Assembly: GCF_009914755.1 (NCBI RefSeq) | Contig: NC_060947.1 | Origin: the human T2T-CHM13v2.0 reference genome, Homo sapiens | DNA: 64,000 nucleotides | Strand: one strand, 5' to 3' | Shown: piece by piece, positions 18,901 to 33,634 of the stretch | Layout of the letters: every line of letters begins with the position of its first letter | Numbering within the stretch: position 1 is the stretch's first letter | Position numbers and translations under genes: made by a program | The notes under the pieces: model-generated | The model's database searches: none | The model's input: the letters and a program-made list of their open reading frames with translations, nothing else | What the model was told of the DNA's origin: nothing

Positions 18901-21900
18901 CTCCACCCCAAATCAGCAGAATACACATTCTTCTCAGCACCATATCATGCTTATTCTAAAATTCACCACATAATTCAAAGTAAAACACTCCTCAAAAAAT
19001 GCAAAAGAATGGAATTCATAACACATAGTGTCTCAGACCACAGTGCAATCAAAGTAGAACCCAGGAGTAAGAAACTCACTCAAAACTGAACTACAGGGAA
19101 ACTGAACAACTTGCTCTTGAATGACTCCTGGGTAAATAATGAAATTAAGGCAGAAACAAGTAAGTTATTTGAAACCAATGAGAACAAAGACACAATGTAC
19201 CAGAATCTCTGGGACACAGCTAAAGCAGTGTTTAGAGGGAAATTTATAGCACTAAATGCCAACAGGAGAAAGTGGGAAAGATCTAAAGTCAACACTCTAA
19301 CATCATAATTAAAAGAACTAGAGAAGCAAGAGCAAACAAATTCAAAAGCTAGCAAAAGAGAAGAAATAACTAAGATCTGAGGAGAACTGAAGGAGATAGA
19401 GACATGAAAAACCCTTCAAAAAACATCAATGAATCCAGGAGACGGTTTTTTTGAAAAGATTAACAAAATAGATAGATGCTAGCAAGACCAATATGAAAAC
19501 AGAGAAGAATCAAATAGATGCAATGAAAAATGATAAAGGGGAGATCACCACTGATCCCACAGAAATACAAACTACCATCAGAGAATACTATAAACACCTC
19601 TGTGCAATTAAACTGGAAAATCTACAAGAAATGAATAAATTCCTGGAAGCATACACCCTCCCAAGACTAAACCAGGAAGAAGTTGAATCCCTGAATATAC
19701 CAATAACAAATTCTGAAATTGAGGCAGTAATTAATGGCCTACCAACAAAAAAAAGTCCAGGACCAGAAGGATTCACAGCTGAATTCTACCAGGGTACAAA
19801 GAGGAGCTGGAACCATTCCTTCAGAAACTATTCTAAACAATAGAAAAAGAGGGAATCATCCCTAACTCGTTTTATGAGACCAGCATCATCCTGATACCAA
19901 AACCTGGCAGAGACACAACAACAAAAACAAATTTCAGGCCAATATCCCTGATGAGCACCGATGCAAAATCCTCAATAAAATACTGGCAAATGGAACCCAG
20001 CAGCATATCAAAAACTTATCCACCACAATCAAGTCAGCTTCATCCCTGGGATGCAAGGCTGCTTCAATATATGCAAATCAATAAACATAATTCATCACAT
20101 AAACAGAACCAATGACAAAAAACAAATGATTATCTCAATAAATGCAGAAACGGCCTTCAATAAATTTCAACACCCCTTCATGCTAGAAACTCTCAATAAA
20201 CTAGGTATTGATGGAATGTATCTCAAAATAATCAGAGCTATTTATGACAAACCCACAGCCAATATCATACTGAATGGGCAAAAGCTGGAAGCATTCCCTT
20301 TGAAAAATCCACACAAGACAAGGATGCCCTCTCTCACCACTCCTATTCAACATAGTATTGGAAGTTCTGGCCAGGGCAATCAGGCAAGAGAAAGAAATAA
20401 AGGGCATTCAAATAGGAAGAGAGGAAGTCAATTTGTCTCTCTTTGCAGAGGACATGATTGTATATTTAGAAAACCCCACCTTCTCAGCCCAAAACCTCCT
20501 TAAACTGATAAGCAACTTCAGCAAAGTCTCAGGATACAAAATCAATGTGCAAAAATCACAAGCATACCTACATGCCAATAATAGACAAACAGAGAGCCAA
20601 ATCATGAGTGAACTCCCATTCACAGTTACTATAAAGAGAATAAAATACCTAGGAATCCAACTTACAAGGGATGTGAAGGACCTCTTCAAGGAGAACTACA
20701 AATCACTGCTCAAGGAAATAAGAGAGGACACAAACAAATGGAAAAGCATTCCATGCTCATGGATAGGAAGAATCAATATTGTGAAAATGGCCATACTACC
20801 CAGAGTATAGATTCAATGCTGTCCCCATTAAGCTACCATTGACTTTCTTCACAGCATTAGAAAATACTACTTTAAATTTCATGTGGAACCAAAGAAGAGC
20901 CCGTATAGCCAAGACAATTCTGAGCAAAAAGAACAAAGCTGAAGATACCATGCTACCTGACTTCAAACTATATTACAAGGCTACAGTAACCAAAACAGCA
21001 TGGTACTGGTACCAGAACAGATATATAGACCAATGAAACAGAACGGAGGCCTCAGATGTAACGCCACACATCTGCAACCATCTGATCTTTGATGAACCTG
21101 ACAAAAACAAGCAATGGGGAAAGGATTCCCTATTTAATAAATGGTGCTGGGAAAACTGGCTAGTCATATGCAGAAAACTGAAACTGAACCCCTTCCTTAC
21201 ATCTTATACAAAAATTAACTCAAGATGTATTAAAGGCTTAAATGTAAGACCTAAAACCATAAAAACCCTAGAAGAAAACCTAGGCAACACCATTCAGGGC
21301 ATAGGCATGGGCAAAGACTCCATGACTAAAACACCAAAAGCAATGGCAACAAAAGGCAAAATTGACAAATGGGATCTAATTAAACTAAAGAGCTTCTGCA
21401 CAGCAAAAGAAACTATCTTCAGCATGAACAGGCAACCTAAAGAATGGGAGAAAATTTTTGCAATCTATCAATCTGATAAAAGGCTAATATCCAGAATCTA
21501 CAAGGAACTTAAACAAATTTACAAGAAAAAAACCTCTCCATCAAAAAAATGGGTGAAGGATATGAACAGACACTTCTTAAAAGAAGACATTTATGTGGCC
21601 CACAAACATATGAAAAAAAGTTCATCATCACTGGTCGTTAGAGAACTGCAAATCAAAACAACAATGAGATACCATCTCATGCCAGTTAGAATGGAGGTCA
21701 CTTAAAAATCAGGAAACAACAGATGCTGGAAAGGATTTGGAGAAATAGGAATGCTTTTACACTGTTGGTGAGGGTTTACACTAGTTCAACCATTGTGGAA
21801 GACAGTGTGGTGATTCCTCAATGATGTAGAGCCAGAAATACCTTCTGACCCAGCAATCCCATTACTGGATATATACCCCAAGGATTATAAATCATTTTAC

Positions 21901-22383
21901 TATAAAGACACATGCGCATGTATGTTTATTGCAGCACTGTTCACAATAGCAAAGACTTGAAACCAACCCAAATGCCCATCAATGATAGACTAGATAAAGA
22001 AAATATGGCACATGTATACCATGGAATACTATGCAGCCATATAAAAGGATGAGTTCATGCCTTTTGCAGGGACATGGATGAAGCTGGAAACCATCTTTCT
22101 CAGCAGACTAATACAGGAACAGAAAACCAAACACTGCATGTTCTCTCTTATAAGTGGGAGTTGAACAATGAGAACTCATGGACACAGGGAGGGGAACATC
22201 ACACACCAGGGCCTGTCAGAGGCTGCATGGCTAGGGGAGGGATAGCATTAGGAGAAATACCTAATGTACCTGACAGGTTGATGGGTGCAGGAAACCACCA
22301 TGGCACATGTATACCTATGTAACAAACCTGCACGTTCTGCACATGTATCCCAGAACTTAAAGTATAATAATAAAAAAAGAACA
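15922..22383 (+). mobile_element. Full-length L1PA7-like LINE-1, with ORF1 and ORF2 disrupted
   Basis: 5'UTR starts gcaagatggatgaatagaaacagctc. ORF1 pieces at 17263-18225; ORF2 pieces with the RT motif mutated to FAED (20358-20810); poly(A) present. TSD aaaaatta[g/a]ta[g/a]catttc at 15904-15921 and 22384-22401 (16/18 match). Confidence 0.93.
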
Positions 22384-24389
22384 AAAAATTAATAACATTT
22401 CTATGTGCCAACAGTGAACAATATGAAAAAGAAATTAAAAGGTAATCCCATTTCCAATAGCTGTAAAAAAAAATAAAATATCTAGTAATTATCAAACAAG
22501 TGAAAGATCTCTACAATGAAAACCATCAAACATTGATGCAAAAAATTGAAGAGGACACACACAAAAATGGAAAGATATTCCATGTCCATGTGTTGTAAGA
22601 ATAAATATTGTTAAAATGTCCATGCTACCCAAAGCAATCTATAAATTAATTGCAATCCCTATGAAAATACCAATGACGTTCTTCACAAAAATAGAAAAAG
22701 CTCTAAAATCTATGTTGCACCACAAAAGACCCAGAATACCCGTAACTATCCTAAGCAAAAAAAGAAAAAAAAAACTGGAGGAATCATATTACCCGACTTT
22801 AAATTATACTGCAGAGCTATAATAACCAAACAGCACAGTAGTGGCAGAAAAACAGACACATAGACTAGACCCATGAAACAGAGTAGAGAACCCAGAAACA
22901 AATCCATACATCTACAGCGAACTCACTTATGATAAAGATGCCTAGGACGTACATGGGGTAACAAACAGTATCTCCAATACTGAGAGAAAAACTGGATACT
23001 GAGAAAACTGGATACTCATATGCAGAAGAAGGAACTAGACCCTATCTCTTGCCATATACAGAAATCAAATCAAAATGAACTAAAGACTTAAATCTAAAAC
23101 TTCAAACCATGAAACCACTATAAGAAAACATTGGAGAAACTCTCCAGGACACTGAACATGGCAAAGATTTCTTCAGTAATACCCCACAAGCACAGGCAAC
23201 CAAAGAAAAAATGGACAAATGGGATTGCATCAAGTTAAAAAGCTTCTGCACAGCAAAGGAAACAATCAGTCAATAAAGTGAAGAGACAACCCACAGAATG
23301 AGAGAAAATATTAGCAAACTACCCATTTGTCAAGAGATTAATAACCAGAATAAGTAAGGAACTCAAGCAATTATATAGGAAAAAAAATCTTATAATCCAA
23401 TTAAGAAAAAGATCCCAAGATCTGATACACATTTCTCAAAAGAAGACATACAAATGGCAAATGGGTATATAGGAGGGTGGCCAACATCATTGATCATCAG
23501 AGAAATGCAAATCAAAACTACAATGAGATATCAACTCACCTCAGTTAAAATGGCTTTTATCCAAAAGTCGGCCAATAACAAATGCCTGGGGAGGATGTGG
23601 AGAAAAGGGAACCCTCGTACACTGCTGGTGGAAATGTAGGTTAGTAAAACCGCTATGGATTACAGCTTGGAGGTTCCTCAAAAAATTATAAATATAACTA
23701 CCATACAATCCAGTAATTCCACTCCTAGGTGTGTATGTAAAAGTAAAGAAATTAGTATATCAAAGAGATCTGCATTCCCATGTTTATTGAGGCACTATTT
23801 ACAATAGCCATGATTTGAAAGCAATCTAAGTGTCCATCAACAGATTAATGAATAAAGAAAATGTGGTACATATACACAGTGCAGACCTATGTAGCCATAA
23901 AAAGAATGAGATACAGTCATTTGTAACAACATGGATCGAAGTGGAAGTCATTATGTTAAGTGAAATTACTCAGGAACAGAAAGACAAACATCGCATATTC
24001 TCACTGATTTATGAGGGCTAAAAATTAAAACAGTTGAACTCATGGAGACAGAGTGTAGAAGGCTAAGAAGGGAAATCAGGGGGTGGAGGGGGATTCAAGA
24101 GGGTTAATAGGTACAAAAAGTAGTAGAAAGAATGAATGAGACCTAGTATTTCCTAGCACAACAGCATGACTATAGCCAAAAATAATTTAATTGTACATTT
24201 AAAAATAAGTAAAAGTATAATTGGATTGTTTGTTACACAAAGGATAAATGCATGAGGTAATGGGAACCCCATTTACCCTGATGTGATTATTATGCATTGC
24301 ATATCTGTATCAAAATATCTCATGTAACCCATAGAAATATGCACCTACTATGCACCCAGAAAAAGTTAAAATTAAAAATTTTAAAAACC

Positions 24390-24640
24390 CAGTTATACAG
24401 AAATCATACACAAAAATGTGCATACTATGTGATTCCATTGGTACAAATTGCTGAAACAGGCTAAAGTAATCTAAGATGATAGCGGTCAGAACAGTTGCTT
24501 GTTCTGGAATGGGGACGTATTGATGAGGAAGAGGATAAGGGAACTTTTTGGAATGTTGGAAATGTTTGATATCTTGTTCTGGGTAGTAGTTAAAAAGTGT
24601 ATACATATGTAAAATGTTATCAAAGTAAAACAAAAGCTAG
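24390..24640 (+). mobile_element. Ancient L1ME-like 3' fragment
   Basis: atactatgtgattccatt...gggaactttttggaatgttggaaatgtttgatatcttg resembles an old L1M 3'UTR (recall). Confidence 0.55.
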
Positions 24641-25332
24641 AAAAAGCAGTGGTAGTCAGTACTTTGTTTTCCACCCATCTGCTATGTACCTTCCCATACA
24701 GGGCTTTCCCAAATTCACCAATTTCAATATTTATACCAGAATGAATACCAACAAGTTTTGTGTATGCTCTGACAACTTGGTTTCCCCCTTGTCCCTGAGC
24801 TGCCCAGACAAGGAAATAACCTGGGTACTTGTTAAAACACTTGTAATCAATTTCAGCAAAGTTAAAAAAAAAATAAAAAACTTAGCCCCTAATGTAACTG
24901 ACCATATAGCCCTCCCCAGTGTACAGAGCTTTATGTGCTGTGCCTGGACTATGTAAAGAAAATTAAAACTGGATTTGTAACAAAAGGGCTAAAGTGTCAA
25001 ACCACTAAAAGCAGAAAATTCCCATTGCAACACAATGCCAACTCTCACACTGGTTTATGATGAGAGAAAGCAAAGATTTACAATATACTTCTCATAAAGT
25101 TTTGACAGTCACTGAACTGGGACCTCAGGGGGCCAGCTCAGAGGTTCTACATCATTACCTATAGAGAGGGGGCAAAGAGAGAGACTGCTTAGTCACAGAA
25201 GAGTCTTTGTCTTTAGAGGACTCTCACACCTGGACTTCCTGAGCTCTGTGACTTGGGATTTTCAATATTTATACCAGAATCAAAGCAAGAAGTGAGTTGG
25301 ACCCTCAGCCCAAGCTCAGAGTTGTCATGTAC

Positions 25333-25714
25333 TGTGTTAGTCCATTCTCGCACTGCTATAAAGACATACCCGAGACTGGGGGTAATTTATAGAGGAAAGA
25401 TGTTTAATTGTTTAATTGACAGTTCCACATTGCTGGGCAAGCCTCAGGAAACTTATAATCATGGTGGAAGTTGAGAGAGAAGCAAAGGCATGTCTTACAT
25501 GGCAGCAGGTGAGAGAGAGTGAGAGAGTGAAGGGTACGAGCCCCGTCTAAAACCATCAGATCTTGTGAGAACTCACTCACTATGTGAACAGCATGGGAGA
25601 AACCACCCCCAGGATCCAATCATCTCCCACCAGGTCCTGCCCTTGACAAATGGTGATTATGGGGATTACAATTCAAGATGAGATTTGGGTGGGGCACTGA
25701 ACCTAACCATATCA
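25333..25714 (-). mobile_element. MSTA/MSTB (ERVL-MaLR) solo LTR
   Basis: Termini tgtgttagtccattct...aaccatatca; 5-bp TSD tgtac/tatac. Confidence 0.88.
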
Positions 25715-25769
25715 TATACCAACTGCAGATGAATTGCTTATAGTCACTCTTCTGGCATCCTTGGAAGCT

Positions 25770-26190
25770 TTACAAGCTAGGTTATGCTTCAGTAAGAAGC
25801 AATCTCAAAATTTCAGTGGCTTATAATAAATGTTTGCTTCTTGCCATACTACATGTCCAAAATAGGTTGGTAGAAGGGCAGTGTAGATGGTTCTACTCAT
25901 AGTAGATCTTAGTTGACCTCACTCTGGGACACTAGTCAATAGAAAAGGAACCATCTGGGATGTTGCCAGTCAACAAAGCATATGGGAAAGGGAATGTGGC
26001 AAAGCAAGCACTGTTTCTTTAAGCTTCCACCTAGAAGTCACACATGTCACTTCTGCTCATAGTTCGTTGACTGAAGCAAGTCATATGTCTAAGCCTGATT
26101 TTTGAAGGAGTAGGGAAGTATAACCCTTCTAAAGGCAGAGATGCTGCAGGGAGGGACACTGAATATGGATGAACAATGTAATAATCTACC
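25770..26190 (-). mobile_element. Old MLT1 (MLT1J/K/L-like) MaLR LTR
   Basis: Motifs gctaggttatgcttcagtaa, tcagtggctta and gtcacttctgctcat...gcaagtcatatg. Boundaries approximate. Confidence 0.65.
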
Positions 26191-26639
26191 AGAGAAGTCA
26201 TAACAAATATGTGTTAAATCTTGAATAAATTACATAATAGATACTCTCTGAACATGAAAGTCTAGGCAGCTCATGAAAATACCCACTGCCCACTGGCTGG
26301 CTGCTTACTGTGCCTCAGAAACCACCAGTGGCACAAAATTCATTTTGTGGGGCTTAAAATATTGCACTACCAGAAGTCATTGGCTACCAGAGAGCAAAAC
26401 CCCAGGGTAAGCAAGCTAGCAAATCCCTGAGGTAGTGACTGCACATTAACCTGTATCAAATTAGTATAATATTCATATTCATTGTCCTACAATGTGCTGT
26501 TATCATTGAAAGCGGACAGCACAGCCTTAGACATTTTATTTAATGCCTACTATATGCCAGGCACTATGTAGGCTATTTCACATCTATATCTTTCTTTCTT
26601 CTCTTGCCAATTCCAATTTAAATATAATGCAAAAGGTTA

Positions 26640-28580
26640 TGAGTTGACACTGACTCTAGGACTGGGGTTCACATCTAGCCCCATGTCCCAGCCTCAGACA
26701 GGTATTTGCTGGAGAATTCTGAGACTTTCCTATTCCCCTTGCCTGTAGCAAGATGTCCCTTTTCTACAGCTACCAAAAGGCTAGACTGCCACTGTTGCTA
26801 CTCCTGGCTGTGGCAGAAAGACAGTGCTGTCACACCAAAGAAAAAACCTGTGACCTGGTAGAGAAAAAGGTAAAGAGTCAGGGAACAAGTTGGCTCTACT
26901 GAAGTGGCTGAAACCAGTGTTTAACAAAAGCTTTGAGAGCACTGTGGACCAGGGCCCAGATATATACATATACATGTTCAGGGCATGCTGGGAAGCTAGT
27001 AATCACATATCTGGGGCAGGCCTAGTGCCAATCAATAAAAGTAACAGGGAGGAGGTAGGCAGACCCAACCAGACTCATGTCTTCAATAGAAGTAACTGGA
27101 TCATGCTGATCTATAAAGAGGGTGATGAATACAACAACCACTGTAGCCAGAAGCAGCATTGTCATGCAGCAGTGATAATAGGAGTAAAGACTATCAACAC
27201 ACCCTAGTGGGCAATTTTAACCCTGTGTCTGAGGAGGAAGACAAAGTCCAAGATTGTTTCTACCTCTTTGAGATGGATAGGAGCCTGGTCTATTCCCCGG
27301 AGATCTCCCACCTCGGGATGGGTTCTGTCTTACTTATCATGTTTGCATCACTGATGGCTGTCTATGTCATTAGGGGGTTCCTATTCCAGCAACTGATGGT
27401 GGGAGCCAATGGAATTGAACAGATTCCCTGGCTTAGCCTTCTGGCAAGCTCTTCACAACCTTGTAAAAGATGGTTGTTACTTGGTGTGTCATTCTAAGCC
27501 CTGAAATGTGCCTGCTGTATATGGTTGTGTGAGGGATGACCAGTTGGGGAAGGAGTCACAAGAAAAGGATGGTCATTTATCACCAATGGGATTGTACTTT
27601 AAATATCTAACCTCTTCTTCAATTTCCCAAACCAGAGCATACTCTGACGTATTTCTCAAGCATCTCCACTTCAGTCTCTCACCACACCCTTAATATCGCT
27701 CTTGCTTTCCAGTTTGCTTTTAATTTGCATCCTCTTTTCATTAGTCAAATTGCCTTACCTTTGTTCCCTATTTTCTATTTTTTTCTCTAGAGAGTTACAG
27801 TTTAGAATAGAGCTAATATAGTGGAAGACAGTGTGGCGATTCCTCAGGGATCTAGAACTAGAAATACCATTTGACCCAGCAATCCCATTACTGGGTATAC
27901 ACCCAAAGGAATATAAATCATGCTGCTATAAAGACACATGCACACATATGTTTATTGCAGCACTACTCACAATAGCAAAGACTTGGAACCAACCCAAATG
28001 TCCAACAATGGTAGACTGGATTAAGAAAATGTGGCACATATACACCATGGAATACTATGCAGCCATAAAAAAGATGAGTTCATGTCCTTTGTAGGGACAT
28101 GGATGAAGCTGGAAACCATCATTCTCAGCAAACTATAGCAAGGACAAAAAACCAAACACCGCATGTTTTCACTCATAGGTGGGAATTGAACAATGAGAAC
28201 ACTTGGACACAGGAAGGGGAACATCACACACTGGGGCCTGTTGTGGGGTGTGGGGAGAGGGGAGGGATAGCATTAGGAGATACACTTAATGTACATGACG
28301 AGTTAACGGGTGCAGCACACCAACATGGCACATGTATACATGTGTAACAAACCTGCGCGTTGTGCACATGTACCCTAGAACTTAAAGTATAATAAAAAAT
28401 ATAAAAAAAGAATAGAGCTAATATAATAAGTCCTATAAAAACAGAGGCTATTGTACTATCTCTTGATATCAGTAGGTACTTGTAGTGGGCAAAATGGTGT
28501 GGCAGTCTCCCTGACTCTGCTTTTAAATATATTTTCACAAGTTTTTGAAACACAGGATTTCTTTAATTTAAAAGAAAAAT
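26640..28580 (+). pseudogene. M6PRP1: Processed pseudogene of the cation-dependent mannose-6-phosphate receptor (M6PR); CDS homology 26753-27591, 3'UTR split by an L1
   Basis: ATG at 26753 gives [23 protein letters not shown], then across frameshifts [70 protein letters not shown] and DDQLGKESQEKDGHLSPM. These are collinear with human CD-MPR and intronless. UTR limits and the pseudogene symbol are from recall. Confidence 0.92.
27821..28408 (+). mobile_element. 5'-truncated L1PA5-like insertion (~590 bp) in the M6PR pseudogene 3'UTR
   Basis: L1 3' end with A-tail; perfect 17-bp TSD agaatagagctaatata at 27804-27820 and 28409-28425; endonuclease-type site TTT/AGAA. Confidence 0.95.
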
Positions 28581-29289
28581 TGTCATGTACTGCCCATAGT
28601 CACAAAGCTAGTCCAATAAGTCATAACAAGTGCAGGGGAAGAGCAACACTTATGATGCCACCTGGAGAGAGAAATGTACAGGGACAGCAGCAAGACATTG
28701 GGTGCTGGGAGTGAGGGGCAGTATGCACTTCATAAGGCAGAAGAAATCTGCCCAAAGAAAAAAATTCCAATAATAGATTTGGCCTACTTTATACTTCTTC
28801 CTAGAACCACTTCTTTCTTAATCTGCACGTGGGATTGGGTAGTGTTTTGTTTCTTTATTTTTTTTTAATATGAGGGAAATAACCAACCCGATTATCCAGA
28901 GGGGTCCTTTGCAGAATCATCTCCAGGGAGCTGTAGAAATTTCTTTCAGAAGACAACTGTCATGGAGTCTAGCCTGCCAATCAATCAGCTTCCTGCCAGT
29001 GGCTACTGGCACACTTGCGTGATTATGCATTTATTGAATTATAAAGCCTGCCAGAGTGGTTTTAGCCCTTTCTACCACATAATGGATAACTCAGCAGGAA
29101 AGTGAAGTTTAAAAGCCATGTATGGTAGGTCACACCTGATCATGGCACCTTCCCTTCCAGAAAGAAGAAAAAAATAGAACATGGATTGCAAAGTTAATGA
29201 AGATTAATAAGAGGATTTCTCACCAAAAGGACAGCACCAGTGGGGTCCTCAGGTGTTTAGCAAATCCTTTCCATACCACACACGCATTC

Positions 29290-29600
29290 TTCTTATTCAT
29301 TTATCCATTCATTCAACATATATTTATTGAGCATCTATTGTGTTCCAGGCATTGCGTTAGGTGCTAGAGAGGAAACAGTAGACAAAATAGATCTGACCCC
29401 CACCTTTATCAAGCTTACAGTCCAGTGGAAATATGCTACAGACATAACAAATGCACAAATAGATATGTCATCACAAATTAGGGTGAGTGCTGTGAAGAAA
29501 TTGGACAGGGTTGCAATTGAAAGCAAAAGAAGGAGGCCCATTTTAGAGATGGTCAAGGAAGATATCTTTGAGGAGGTGACATTTAGGCTGAGACAGGAAG
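29290..29600 (-). mobile_element. L2 3' end
   Basis: cattcattcaacatatatttattgagcatctattgtgttccaggc, and gaggaggtgacattt. Confidence 0.8.
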
Positions 29601-29624
29601 GATACAAAGCACCCAACATGATAA

Positions 29625-29890
29625 GCAGCTAAATGTTTACACAGCTTTAAGGTGTCTCTCCACAGATTGCATACTAATAACTAAGGAAAAAGTAGTAAAT
29701 TTGTAAGGGAGAAACCAGGTAACCTCTTGAACAGAAGATCAAAATTAATATCACCAATGAGGACAAGATGAATATTTTGTGCCTTCATATGTGATATCCC
29801 AAGATGAACACAACATTGCTTATATAGTATTCTGGCATAACCTGAATTTAGTAGTGAGAAATAACAAACCCAAAATGAGAAGCATTTTAT
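29625..29890 (+). mobile_element. Ancient L1MC-like 3'UTR fragment
   Basis: gatcaaaattaatatcaccaatga, gcataacctgaatttag and aaacccaaaatgaga motifs (recall). Confidence 0.55.
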
Positions 29891-30741
29891 TTTATTTTTT
29901 TAGGGCATTTTATTTTATTTTATTTTTTATTTTTTATTATACTTTAAGTTTTAGGGTACATGTGCAAAACGTGCAGGTTTGTTACATATATATATGTGGC
30001 CATGTTGGTGTGCTGCACCCATTAACTCATCATTTAACATTAGGTATATCTCCTAATGCTATCTCTCCCCTCTCCCCACACCCCACAACAGGCCCCAGTG
30101 TGTGATGTTCCCCTTCCTGTGTCCAAGTGTTCTCATTGTTCAATTCCCACCTATGAGTGGGAACATGCGGTGTTTGGTTTTTTGTCCTTGCTATAGTTTG
30201 CTGAGAATGATGGTTTCCAGCTTCATCCATGTCCCTACAAAGGACATGAACTCATCATTTTTTATGGCTGCATAGTATTCCATGGTGTATATGTGCCACA
30301 TTTTCTTAATCTAGTCTACCATTGTTGGACAATTGGGTTGGTTCCAAGTCTTTGCTATTGTGAATAGTGCTGCAATAAACATATGTGTTCATGTGTCTTT
30401 ATAGCAGCATGTTTTATAATCCTTTGGGTATATACCCAGTAATGGGATGGCTGGGTGAAATGGTATTTCTAGTTGTAGATCCCTGAGGAATCGCCACACT
30501 GTCTTCCACAATGGTTGAACTAGTTTACAGTCCCACCAAAAGTGTAAAAGTGTTCCTATTTCTCCACATCCTCTATAGCACCTGTTGTTTCCTGATTTTT
30601 TAACCATCGCCATTCTAACTGGTGTGAGATGGTATCTCATTGTGGTTTTGATTTGCATTTCTCTGATGGCCAGTGATGATGAGCATTTCTTCATGTGTCT
30701 TTTGGCTGCATAAATGTCTTCTTTTGAGAAGTGTCTGCTCA

Positions 30742-31083
<342 letters not shown>

Positions 31084-31086
31084 TCA

Positions 31087-31185
<99 letters not shown>

Positions 31186-31247
31186 CTATCCCCATTTCTT
31201 GTTTTTGTCAGGTTTGTCAAAGATCAGAGGGTTGTAGATATGTGGCA

Positions 31248-32870
<1,623 letters not shown>

Positions 32871-32962
32871 TCAAAAAACCAGCTCCTGGATTCATTGATT
32901 TTTTGAAGGGTTTTTTGTGTCTCTATTTCCTTCGGTTCTCCTCTGATCTTAGTTATTTCTTA

Positions 32963-33634
<672 letters not shown>

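Larger units (their letters stand above)
5690..24385 (+). mobile_element. L1MA2-like host element in three pieces: 5690-5868, 12281-15921 and 22384-24385
   Basis: ORF1 start region (gaaaacatgacc...gaattcaaaatagct) resumes at 12281 (caaaatagctgttttgaggaaactcaaagaa). ORF2 is cut at 15921 and resumes at 22384. The 3' end reads gcacctactatgcacccagaaaaagttaaaattaaaa. Confidence 0.85.

Noticed and set aside
27159-27497. Functional truncated M6PR membrane protein
   Set aside because: Non-ATG start in the track, no signal peptide in frame, and frameshifts on both sides.
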